This document shows, in pieces, positions 28,319 through 39,599 of a stretch of 64,000 nucleotides of DNA. The stretch comes from Acidobacteriota bacterium (lineage in GTDB: Bacteria; Acidobacteriota; UBA6911), in contig OY761556.1 in the NCBI GenBank assembly GCA_963664705.1, positions 960,001-1,024,000 on the forward strand, written 5' to 3'. Numbering within the stretch: position 1 is the first letter of the stretch; every line of letters starts with the position of its first letter. Both the position numbers and the translations under genes were made by a program. Under the pieces are notes generated by a model, which saw nothing but the letters and a program-made list of their open reading frames with translations, searched no databases and was not told the origin of the DNA.

Positions 28319-29374
28319 ATGAGGGACAGGTTATTTTTTCATGCTCTATTGCTTCTGGTTGTCTGCGGAAGCCTGGGGCCTGCTGTTTCGGCGGAAGACA
28401 ATTGCGCGCCGTCGGGCGATCTTAGCTTTGTTTGCGGGCCGACGAGCGTCGAGGATCTCGTTATTGTGCCGGGGACTCATTGGTTGATCGGAAGCGGCAT
28501 GATGGAGGGGCGCACCCCCGGCAAACTCCATTTGATAAATGCCGTCAACAAAACCTGGGAGGTACTTTATCCCGGCCCTGCTGCGCACAATGTTCCCGAC
28601 AGGATCAATTTTCCATCCTGCCCCGGTTCGCCGGATCCATCTGCCTTTGGAGCCCATGGCATTGCCATTTCCGGCGACGGCGGTAAAAAAAGCGTGATCC
28701 TGGCCGTGAACCACGGGCGGGAAGCGATTGAGGTTTTCCATTTGGACGCTTCCGGAGCCAAGCCGGTTATCTCCTGGGTGGGCTGTGTTTCAATGGGGGA
28801 AACCAACTTTGGGAATTCGGTTGCCTTCCTGCCCGATGGCGGGTTTGTGGCAACCAAGTTCTATGACACAAAGGCCCCCGGAGGTGTTGCCTCTATTTTT
28901 GCCGGGGGGACGACCGGAGGTGTCACGGAATGGCATCCAAAAACTGGGTTGAAGACGCTGCCCGGCACAGACGTTGCCGGCGCCAATGGAATTGAGGTTT
29001 CCGGGAATGGCAAATTCATCTATGTTGCGGCATGGGGATCGCAGGAGCTCGTTCGCTATTCCCGTGGAACTGGCCCGCTCCGGAAGGATGTCGTGAAGCT
29101 CGGATTCTGTCCCGATAATCTGCGCTGGACTGCGGATCGCAAGCTGATCATCGCCGGACAGAACACGGTGCCGGGCGTTTCCGATCGCGGCTTTCCCAAA
29201 TTCAAAGGTTGGACGGTGGTAAAGCTGGATCCGGATACGCTGAAGTTTACCCAGGTTGCAAAGGATGACGGATCATCGCCGTTCCAGAATGTCAGCGCGG
29301 CGGTAGAACTTGATTCCACGTTATGGCTTGGCGTGTATGCCGGGAACCGTGTCGCCTATCGGCGCTCCAGGTAG
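28319..29374 (+). CDS. secreted beta-propeller lactonase/paraoxonase-like protein (SMP-30/PON family)
   Basis: Signal peptide; EDL, HGI, VNHG, GANGIEVS and PDNLRW motifs. Confidence 0.7.
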   Translation: MRDRLFFHALLLLVVCGSLGPAVSAEDNCAPSGDLSFVCGPTSVEDLVIVPGTHWLIGSGMMEGRTPGKLHLINAVNKTWEVLYPGPAAHNVPDRINFPSCPGSPDPSAFGAHGIAISGDGGKKSVILAVNHGREAIEVFHLDASGAKPVISWVGCVSMGETNFGNSVAFLPDGGFVATKFYDTKAPGGVASIFAGGTTGGVTEWHPKTGLKTLPGTDVAGANGIEVSGNGKFIYVAAWGSQELVRYSRGTGPLRKDVVKLGFCPDNLRWTADRKLIIAGQNTVPGVSDRGFPKFKGWTVVKLDPDTLKFTQVAKDDGSSPFQNVSAAVELDSTLWLGVYAGNRVAYRRSR

Positions 29375-29388
29375 GATGTTGGGAGGAG

Positions 29389-29427
29389 GCGCGCCAACCG
29401 GAATGGCGTTGCACCCGGTCGGCGCGC
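29389..29427. terminator. GC-rich hairpin between convergent genes
   Basis: GCGCGCCAACCGG-N13-CCGGTCGGCGCGC. Confidence 0.55.
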
Positions 29428-29436
29428 TGAAAAAAT

Positions 29437-30390
29437 CTAGCGTACCAGTTTTCGTACCGCTTCAATCAGTTTGGATTTGTCCGGCAGGACAAATTTTTCC
29501 ATTGGCGGGCTGAAGGGTATGGGAACATCCAGTCCGCAGACGCGGGCCGGCGCGCTTTTCAGTTTTCCGAAAGTTTCCTTGTCGGCCGAAACAAAAGCCA
29601 GAATTTCCGCGGCGGCTCCGCAGGTTTGGCATGCTTCATCGATAACAATCAGTCGTCCCGTCTTGCGAACCGATTGAATCACCGTTTCCTTGTCGAAGGG
29701 GACCAGTGTTCGCGGGTCGATGACTTCCAGCGAAATGCCTTCCTTGGCGAGATCCTCCGCGGCTCCCAGGGCTTCATACACCATCCGTGCGAACGCTACC
29801 ACCGTAACATCCGTTCCTTCTCTTCTCACGGAGGCTTTGCCGAATGGGAGGAAATACTCTTCTTCGGGGACTTGTCCCGTCATTCCGCCCAGCAGAAACG
29901 GCTCAAACGAAATAACCGGGTTGTTTTCCGTCAGCGCGGTTTTCAACAAGCCCTTTACGTCATAGGGAGTGGTGGGCAGTAGAATCTTAAGTCCGGGGAC
30001 ATTCATGAACATGGAGTAGGGGCTGATGGAATGTTCGGCTGCTCCTGAATATCCGGCTCCTACGGTCATGCGGATCAAAATCGGGAATTTCGCCTGTCCG
30101 CCGAACATGTAAGTGATTTTGGCGGCATGGTTCATCATCTGGTCCAGGGCAACAAAGCCGAATGTAGCCATACGCAGGTTGACGACGGTCCGGAAACCGG
30201 AACCTGCCAGTCCAATGGAGGCGCCCACAAAGCTGTTTTCGGCGATAGGCGTCACCCGGATTCGGTCTGATCCAAATTCCTCTTGCAGGTCGGCTGCCAG
30301 GTCCGTCGACATGTGAACAGTTTTGGGATTCTTTCGGAATGCTTCCTGAATGGCTTCATTGGCCGCCTGTCCGTATGTAATCTCTCGCAT
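29437..30390 (-). CDS. 2-oxoacid/acetoin dehydrogenase E1 beta subunit
   Basis: TPIAE, VPGLK, REGTDVT and EVIDPRTLVP motifs. Confidence 0.9.
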   Translation of the reverse strand: MREITYGQAANEAIQEAFRKNPKTVHMSTDLAADLQEEFGSDRIRVTPIAENSFVGASIGLAGSGFRTVVNLRMATFGFVALDQMMNHAAKITYMFGGQAKFPILIRMTVGAGYSGAAEHSISPYSMFMNVPGLKILLPTTPYDVKGLLKTALTENNPVISFEPFLLGGMTGQVPEEEYFLPFGKASVRREGTDVTVVAFARMVYEALGAAEDLAKEGISLEVIDPRTLVPFDKETVIQSVRKTGRLIVIDEACQTCGAAAEILAFVSADKETFGKLKSAPARVCGLDVPIPFSPPMEKFVLPDKSKLIEAVRKLVR

Positions 30391-30408
30391 CGATTGCCTC
30401 ATTAGTTA

Positions 30409-31419
30409 TCAAATTGAATAAACATCTTCCAGGGCGTCCTGTGGCTGAGGGAATGGGCTTTCCAGCGCATAGGTATGCGCGTCTTCAACCTGAGCCAGAA
30501 CGGTCTTCTCGATAGCCTCGAGTTCAGAAGTCGTCAGGATTTTTCGATCGCGCAGGGTATTCGCATAAGCGGCAACGGGGCATTTTTTCTTCCAGGATTC
30601 CAGTTCCTCGGAAGGACGTAAATCTTCCAGACCCTTGGACAGGAAATGCTTGTGCCATCGATATGTTTTGCATTCCAGGAAAAAGGGGCCATTTCCTTTT
30701 CTGAGTTCGGCAATGGCTTCGCCGGCCACCTGGTACACGAGTTCCACGTCGTTCCCATAAATGGTCCGGTTGGCGACGTGATACGCCTCGGGTATCCGGG
30801 TAATATCCTTGGCGCCCATGGCATAGCGGGCGGCCGTATTAACTCCATACCCGTTGTTTTCGCAAACAAACAGCAGCGGCAATTTCCAGATGGATGCGAG
30901 ATTCAGCGATTCGTGAAATTCTCCCTCGTTGCATGCGCCATCACCAAAGAAGACGGCGGCCACATTACCCTTTTTCTCGAGTTGTGCCGCAAATGCCGCT
31001 CCGGTTGAGATCGGCAGTCCCGCCCCGACAATGCCATCGGCACCCAGCATCCCGATGCTGAAGTCGGCGATGTGCATCGAACCTCCCTTGCCTTTGCAAT
31101 AGCCGGTTTTCTTGCCATAAATCTCCGCCATCATTCTGCGCATGTCGGCGCCTTTGGCAATACAGTGGCCGTGGCCCCGATGATGGCTGACGATCCGATC
31201 CTCGCGCCGAAACTGTTTGCACACGCCGGTTGCGATGGCCTCTTCGCCGATATAAGAGTGGACAAATCCGGGAACGTTCCCCTCATACACCTCTTTGGCA
31301 ACACGCTCTTCGAAACGCCGGATCATCAACATGGTCGTGTACAAGTCAACAAGAGAGTCTTTGTCGAGATCCAACGGGGCTTGCAAGCTTGTTTCCATTT
31401 CCGCTTGTTCCAAATGCAT
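30409..31419 (-). CDS. 2-oxoacid/acetoin dehydrogenase E1 alpha subunit (TPP-dependent)
   Basis: HRGHGH, GKGGSMH and the GDGA...ENN TPP-binding motif. Confidence 0.92.
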   Translation of the reverse strand: MHLEQAEMETSLQAPLDLDKDSLVDLYTTMLMIRRFEERVAKEVYEGNVPGFVHSYIGEEAIATGVCKQFRREDRIVSHHRGHGHCIAKGADMRRMMAEIYGKKTGYCKGKGGSMHIADFSIGMLGADGIVGAGLPISTGAAFAAQLEKKGNVAAVFFGDGACNEGEFHESLNLASIWKLPLLFVCENNGYGVNTAARYAMGAKDITRIPEAYHVANRTIYGNDVELVYQVAGEAIAELRKGNGPFFLECKTYRWHKHFLSKGLEDLRPSEELESWKKKCPVAAYANTLRDRKILTTSELEAIEKTVLAQVEDAHTYALESPFPQPQDALEDVYSI

Positions 31420-31627
31420 CTGCGCCTCCGTTTTTTTATTTGCGCGATTAGTACGCTTGATTTTGCAGGGCGAACCATCCTAACGAATGCCCTCTGCCGA
31501 GTCAATCCTGATGGCATCCTCCCGGACCCGGCCAGGTTGGCAGTGAGCAGTTGCATGCGGACTGCGTGCCTGCCAGAATGGATTCAACCTTAGAGGACTA
31601 CCGGTTACTGATTCGGAGAGACAGACA

Positions 31628-32377
31628 ATGGCAAACTCTCAAGCGATGCTTCAGATTGCTCAAAAGCTTTATCCCTCCGCGCGCGTCACCGTACTCACCG
31701 GGGCAGGCGTTTCCGCGGCCAGCGGCGTTCCCACTTTTCGAGGGTCGGAGGGTTTGTGGAAATCGTACTCTCCCCAGGAATTGGCAACTCCCGAGGCGTT
31801 CAGAAGAGATCCGCAACTTGTTTGGGAATGGTACAACTGGAGGCGGGAACTGATTTCCAAATGCCAGCCAAACCCGGCGCATGAGATCCTTGCCGCCTGG
31901 AGCCGGCGATATCCTTCATTCACACTGATTACACAAAATGTCGATGGACTGCACGAAAAAGCCGGGGCCCAAAATGTTGTGCGATTCCATGGATCTATTT
32001 GGGAGGTTCAGTGTTGGAACCGCTGCCCTGCTTCTCCGGCACGATGGATGGATTCCCGGGTGCCGATTCCGATTCTCCCAACGTGTCCCCACTGTGGAGG
32101 GCCGATTCGTCCAGGCGTGGTGTGGTTTGGCGAGGGCATCGATCCGGAGGTTCTCGAGAAATCTTCCGTAGCCCTTTTCTGCGACGTCTTCATGACGATC
32201 GGTACCTCGGCGCAGGTATATCCTGCTGCCGCGCTTGCCGGCAGGGCGCGATCGAATGGGGCCTTTACCGTTGAAATAAACCTGGAGGCAACTTCCGCTT
32301 CCGATAGTGTATCGGTAGCAGTCCAGGGTCCCGCGGAAATCATTCTGCAGGAAATAGAAGGTTTGATTCATGCGTGA
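31628..32377 (+). CDS. cobB: NAD-dependent protein deacylase (class III sirtuin)
   Basis: TGAGVSAASGVPTFRG, WYNWRR, TQNVDGLH, HGS and zinc-binding cysteines. Confidence 0.92.
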   Translation: MANSQAMLQIAQKLYPSARVTVLTGAGVSAASGVPTFRGSEGLWKSYSPQELATPEAFRRDPQLVWEWYNWRRELISKCQPNPAHEILAAWSRRYPSFTLITQNVDGLHEKAGAQNVVRFHGSIWEVQCWNRCPASPARWMDSRVPIPILPTCPHCGGPIRPGVVWFGEGIDPEVLEKSSVALFCDVFMTIGTSAQVYPAAALAGRARSNGAFTVEINLEATSASDSVSVAVQGPAEIILQEIEGLIHA

Positions 32378-32572
32378 GGACTGACTTTCAAATCACCCAG
32401 TCAATAAACACACCAGCGCTCCCGAAAGCTTTGCGGGCTGGCCGAATCAGGACCTCTTGCCGGCAAGAGCGTTTGCCAAGCCTCCATGCCGGACTCCGGA
32501 TGCTCCTTCCTGAACATAGCTATTGCTGTCTGCCGCCGGAAACCCAATGGACTGGGTAGTTTAATCTAATCA

Positions 32573-32600
32573 TAAAGTCCCAGGCTCTGGCTATCGATAA
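32573..32600 (+). promoter_or_regulatory. sigma28-like promoter of the PhnD/kinase/TolC operon
   Basis: TAAAGTCC-N12-ATCGATAA versus consensus TAAAGTTT-N11-GCCGATAA. Confidence 0.45.
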
Positions 32601-32675
32601 GTCTCTTGCCTATGTGTCCGTGGCTCGCGCAGCGGCATAACCAGCCACATGGACAATACAGCAAGAGGCCCTATT

Positions 32676-33587
32676 ATGAACAAGAGCATCGCCGGTTTAT
32701 CGCTTGTAATTCTTGTCTTCGTTCTGCTTGGCTCCAGCGGGACCAGGACAGTCCAAAGCGCCGATGCGAATCTGCCTTCGTTGCGCATTGGTTTGTCTAC
32801 TCTGGTAATGGAACCCGATGTAAACACCGATGACGCTCTTGCGGCTGCCAGGGTATGGGCGGCAAGAATGGGCGGAGCATCCTGGAAGGCGGCGGACAGC
32901 GTGGTGCTGCCCGATATTGAACGAGCCGAAGAACTGGTTAGCCGCGGTCAAGTCGATCTTGTCGCTTTGGGAACAAACGAATACATTCCAAACCCAGCCA
33001 AGATATCCGCTAAGCCTTCCATGGCCTACATGATCAACGGGGATGTAAACGTCGAATACGTTCTCCTCGTTCGCAGAGACAGCAAGATTGAAACCGCCAG
33101 GGATCTCGATGGGAAACGCGTTGCTTACAGCAACAGAGGGCGCCACTGCCTGGTGCCGACCTGGCTGGACACCTTTCTGATGAAAAACCGCTCTGCGGGT
33201 AAGGAAATATCGCTGCGCGAACGGAAAGTGGTCAACAAGACAACGCATGCGATCCTTCCTGTCTTTTTCAATCAGATGGATGCTGCGATTGTCGTCCGAT
33301 CTGCTTTTGACACCGCGGCCGTTATGAATCCCCAAATCGGGAAACAGCTGAAAGTTCTCGCTTCCTCTCCTCCTCTGGTTCCAGTGATTGTGCTGATGCG
33401 AGATTCGATGCCTTCCCTCCAGAAAACGACGGTCTTCGAGAGAGCGCTGAAGCTCCATGAATTGCCCGAAGGATTGCAGACCTTCACCATGTTCAAGATC
33501 GACAGGATCGTTGCCTGGCAAAAAGGCTATGAAAGCAATATTCGACAGCTGCTGGATGAATACGAAAAACTAAAAAGGGTCATGTAG
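32676..33587 (+). CDS. PhnD/SsuA-like periplasmic binding protein, paralogue 1
   Basis: Signal peptide; YVLLVRRDS...DLDGK, ILPVFF..MDA and MNPQIG motifs. Confidence 0.8.
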   Translation: MNKSIAGLSLVILVFVLLGSSGTRTVQSADANLPSLRIGLSTLVMEPDVNTDDALAAARVWAARMGGASWKAADSVVLPDIERAEELVSRGQVDLVALGTNEYIPNPAKISAKPSMAYMINGDVNVEYVLLVRRDSKIETARDLDGKRVAYSNRGRHCLVPTWLDTFLMKNRSAGKEISLRERKVVNKTTHAILPVFFNQMDAAIVVRSAFDTAAVMNPQIGKQLKVLASSPPLVPVIVLMRDSMPSLQKTTVFERALKLHELPEGLQTFTMFKIDRIVAWQKGYESNIRQLLDEYEKLKRVM

Positions 33588-33618
33588 TGGAACCAGGCAA
33601 GATACCAGGAGTTGCGCA

Positions 33619-36120
<2,502 letters not shown>

Positions 36121-36130
36121 GAGCAACCTA

Positions 36131-37633
36131 ATGGCCAGATGGATATTCTTGTTGGTTTTTGCTTTGGTATCATCCGCAGGCGCTCAGGATGGAAAGCCGG
36201 CAGCAGCGTCTCCGCAATCCAATGTTGTAAAGCTTGATCTGCCGAAAGCGGTCGAGCTGGCGCTTCAAAATAATTACCGGAGCAAGGTCTCCAAATATGA
36301 TGTCGAGGCCGCCCTGGCCTTGCATGGGCAGGCTCTTTCAGCCTGGTGGCCGCGCGTTTCGGCCGGCATTACCGGATCCCGCATCGATGATGATCTCAAT
36401 TTTATCTTTCCGGCGAACAATTTTTCGATGCCTGCCACCACGTTCACGGTTCCTTCCTCAACCTTCGTTTTGCCGGCCAATTCGTTCGGGCCGGGGTTTC
36501 CTCCTGTGAATGTGCCGATCCAGACGCCCCCGACTACCGTAGACGTTCCGGCGCAGACCTACCAGATACCGCAGCAGGACGTGAAAATAATGAATCGGGA
36601 TAGCCTGATAGCATCCGTGGATGCAACGCTTCCTCTTTATACCGGTGGCCTGCGCGAAGCGCGTATCCGGCAAGCCAAAGCCGGTGTCGAGGCGGCGCGT
36701 CAGGAAAGCAGACGAACCGATCTCGAAGTCCGGTATGACGTCAAAAGACTATATTACGCAGGAGTGTTGTCGAAGCGTCTTGCCCAGATCAGCCGGGATA
36801 CGCTTGCCCGGATGGAGGCAACGCTTGAACTTACCGAGAAGCTCTATACAACCGGCTCCGGGACGGTAAAAAAGACCGATTACCTGCGGAATAAATCTGT
36901 GGTGGAAACGCTTCGATCGATGACCTCCGAACTTGAGAGCAACGAGAAAACCGTTAAAGCAGCCCTGGTTACCGTGATTGGCCTGGATTGGAATACCCAG
37001 GTTGAACTTGCGGATGAAGAAATCCCATTCACCGCCACATCGCGCGACCTGGCTGTCTATGTGGAGCGGGCATTTCATTCGAGCCCGGAACTGGCTCGTG
37101 TGGAAGCCGGCCTGAAGGCTGCACGGGAGAACGTGAAAGCCGCCCAGAGCGGTCATTATCCAAAGGCTGGCTTGTTCGGGAAATTCCAGCGCATTGAGAA
37201 TTCCTATGACGCGGGACTTATGACCGACAGCAACAAAACGGCGTGGGCGGTCGGGATTGGCGTTCAAATCCCAATTTTTGAAGGATTCCGCGTCTCCAAA
37301 GAGGTCGCGGAAGCCAAGGCTCAACTGCACAAACTCGAAAATCAGCAAAAGCTGCTGCATGACGCCATTGCACTCGAGATCAAGAGGCTCTGCTGGAATC
37401 TGGAAAAAACCCAGGACCAGCAGAAGTCAAGCTTTGCAGCCTCAAAATCCGCCGCCGAAAATCGTGAGCTGAATGTTCGCGCCTACCAGGAGGAATTGGT
37501 GGAGACCAAGGAAGTTATTGAAGCGCAAATCCTGGAAGCACTCCTTTCGGCGCAGTATCAAAAAGTACTCTATGACCACGTCGAAGGGCTCGCCAAACTC
37601 AATTTTGTCTCCGGCGCCGAGCAGCCGGAATAG
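36131..37633 (+). CDS. TolC-family outer-membrane protein with a proline-rich insertion
   Basis: Signal peptide after AGGAG; LDLPKAVELALQNN, WWP, LPLYTGG, HYP and IPIFEG (two OEP repeats). Confidence 0.85.
   Translation: MARWIFLLVFALVSSAGAQDGKPAAASPQSNVVKLDLPKAVELALQNNYRSKVSKYDVEAALALHGQALSAWWPRVSAGITGSRIDDDLNFIFPANNFSMPATTFTVPSSTFVLPANSFGPGFPPVNVPIQTPPTTVDVPAQTYQIPQQDVKIMNRDSLIASVDATLPLYTGGLREARIRQAKAGVEAARQESRRTDLEVRYDVKRLYYAGVLSKRLAQISRDTLARMEATLELTEKLYTTGSGTVKKTDYLRNKSVVETLRSMTSELESNEKTVKAALVTVIGLDWNTQVELADEEIPFTATSRDLAVYVERAFHSSPELARVEAGLKAARENVKAAQSGHYPKAGLFGKFQRIENSYDAGLMTDSNKTAWAVGIGVQIPIFEGFRVSKEVAEAKAQLHKLENQQKLLHDAIALEIKRLCWNLEKTQDQQKSSFAASKSAAENRELNVRAYQEELVETKEVIEAQILEALLSAQYQKVLYDHVEGLAKLNFVSGAEQPE
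36407..36586 (+). repeat. degenerate 21-nt / 7-aa repeat (hydrophobic-P-x-x-x-hydrophobic-x) inside TolC
   Basis: FPANNFS MPATTFT VPSSTFV LPANSFG ... TPPTTVD VPAQTYQ IPQQDVK. Confidence 0.75.
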
Positions 37634-37670
37634 CGGGCATTTTCCTTACTGTCATCGTGCGAGGTCACGC

Positions 37671-38615
37671 GTGAAAAGATTGCGCGATATATCACTCCGG
37701 TTCAGGACGGTGGTCATCGCTGGATTTGCGTTGCTGATTGCCGCTGAATTCCGCGCGCAGGAAAGCAAAGGCCCATCGATCAGTTGCAACATAGGTTTCA
37801 GTTCAACTCATTTTTCCGATTTGAATGTTACCGATGCGTTGGCGGCTACAAAGGTATGGGCGGATGTCATCCGGAAGAAAAGAGGGTATGCCGGATCCTC
37901 GGATGCCAAGGCATTCGAGGATCTGGAGAGTCTGGTTGGGGCCGCCAGGAGAAAAGAACTGGACCTCGCAATCCTGCTGCCATATGAATTTTTGAAAATC
38001 CAGGATACCGCTCCGCTGACTCCATGTTTTATCGCGTCCAATAACGAAAAGGTTGACGACGAGAGTTTGCTTCTCGTTCATCGACGGTCTTCAGCTGCCA
38101 GACTGGAGGACCTGAAGGGGAAGGACATCGTAATTTCGGGAAACAGCATGATGAACCTGGGAAGGGTCTGGCTGGAGACGCAGATTATGGAAAGCGGCTT
38201 CCCCTCCATGGAAGCCTTTTTCGGGAAAGCGGTCGGTGTGGCCAAAGCCTCTCAGGCCGTATTGCCGGTTTTTTTCGGCAAAAACGATGCGTGCCTGGTC
38301 AATCGTCAGGGGTTCAATACCGTCACTGAATTGAATCCGCAATTGGCAAAGGATTTGAAAATCCTGGCGCAGTCACCCGGGTATCCGATATGCGTTATCT
38401 GCATCAGGAAGGATTACGATCCGGCCTATCGGGATGTGTTGCTGGATGCACTGGCCCAATTGCACCTCGAGCCCAGAGGGCAGCAGATCCTGACTCTTTT
38501 CAAGGTAACCAAACTGATTCCATTTGAAAAATCCTACATGCAGTCATCCCAGCAGACCGTTCGGAATTTTCAAAAGGTGCAGGGAAGGACGCGCGGCAGC
38601 GCGGGAGGCATGTAA
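37671..38615 (+). CDS. PhnD-like periplasmic binding protein, paralogue 2
   Basis: GTG after GAGG; DALAATKVW, LLLVH...DLKGK, VLPVFF and ELNPQL motifs. Confidence 0.8.
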   Translation: MKRLRDISLRFRTVVIAGFALLIAAEFRAQESKGPSISCNIGFSSTHFSDLNVTDALAATKVWADVIRKKRGYAGSSDAKAFEDLESLVGAARRKELDLAILLPYEFLKIQDTAPLTPCFIASNNEKVDDESLLLVHRRSSAARLEDLKGKDIVISGNSMMNLGRVWLETQIMESGFPSMEAFFGKAVGVAKASQAVLPVFFGKNDACLVNRQGFNTVTELNPQLAKDLKILAQSPGYPICVICIRKDYDPAYRDVLLDALAQLHLEPRGQQILTLFKVTKLIPFEKSYMQSSQQTVRNFQKVQGRTRGSAGGM

Positions 38616-39593
38616 ATGGCGTCCTTCAATTTTGCATATCGATATCTTCCAGGCCTGCTGATTTGTCTGAGCCTAACGGCTCTTGGCGCATGGGGCAATC
38701 CGGCTAGCGGTGATAATAGAACCTATGATCCATCGGTGGTCCGTTTTGCCATGAGCTCCTCGGTTCTGGAATCTGATGTAAATCCGGACGATGCGCTTGC
38801 CGCAGCCAAAGTCTGGTCTGCGAAGCTGGGCTCAAATGTCGGGGCATGGTCTCAATCGGACGCCAAGATATATTACGACCTCCCAAGTCTTGTCCAAGCC
38901 GTCAAAGCCGGGCAAACCGATGTCATTTCATTGTCGACTCAGGAATATCTTGATTTTGAAGGAGAGCTGAATGTTGAACCCGCGCTGACATATGTTCAGT
39001 CGGGGCAGGCTGAGGTCGAATATGTCGTCATTGTTCGGAAAGACAGCAATACCAAAACTCTGGCCGATCTCCGCGATAAGAGAATCACTCTGATCAAGGG
39101 TGGACGCAACTCCCTGGTTCCACTGTGGCTGGATACCGTCCTTTCCGATAATGGACTGCAGCCCAAGGAGACCTTTTTCAAAGAAATCAAAGAAGTCAGC
39201 AAAACCTCGAAAGCGGTTCTCCCGGTTTTCTTCCGGCAGATCGATGCCGGCATCATAACAAAATCTGCCCTGGAAACAGCCGTTATCCTGAATCCGCAGG
39301 TGGGGCAGCAGATCATAAGCATTGCGGTTTCACCGCGGCTGGCCACGACGGTCACCTGCTTTCGTTCAAACCTCCCGCAAGAACGAAAGAGCCTGTATGT
39401 CAGCCAGGCTCTGAAACTGCACGAGTCAGCGGGCGGATTGCAGACATTCAATGTCTTCAAACTGGATCGGCTGATTCGCTGGGATCCGCACTTTGAGGAT
39501 GCCGTGCGCGATCTGATAAGGAAGCAAAGACTGGCCAAATCTGCACGGCGCGGGCTTCAGCGCTCGCCTTCGACTTTAAAAGAAGAAAGGTAA
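38616..39593 (+). CDS. PhnD-like periplasmic binding protein, paralogue 3
   Basis: DALAAAKVW, YVVIVRKDS, VLPVFF and LNPQVG motifs; most similar to paralogue 1. Confidence 0.8.
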   Translation: MASFNFAYRYLPGLLICLSLTALGAWGNPASGDNRTYDPSVVRFAMSSSVLESDVNPDDALAAAKVWSAKLGSNVGAWSQSDAKIYYDLPSLVQAVKAGQTDVISLSTQEYLDFEGELNVEPALTYVQSGQAEVEYVVIVRKDSNTKTLADLRDKRITLIKGGRNSLVPLWLDTVLSDNGLQPKETFFKEIKEVSKTSKAVLPVFFRQIDAGIITKSALETAVILNPQVGQQIISIAVSPRLATTVTCFRSNLPQERKSLYVSQALKLHESAGGLQTFNVFKLDRLIRWDPHFEDAVRDLIRKQRLAKSARRGLQRSPSTLKEER

Positions 39594-39599
39594 CGTGAC

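Noticed and set aside
32415-32480. GGCAAAC...CGCAAAGC resembling a c-di-GMP-I riboswitch
   Set aside because: It is on the strand opposite the downstream operon, lacks the GNRA loop and has the wrong spacing.
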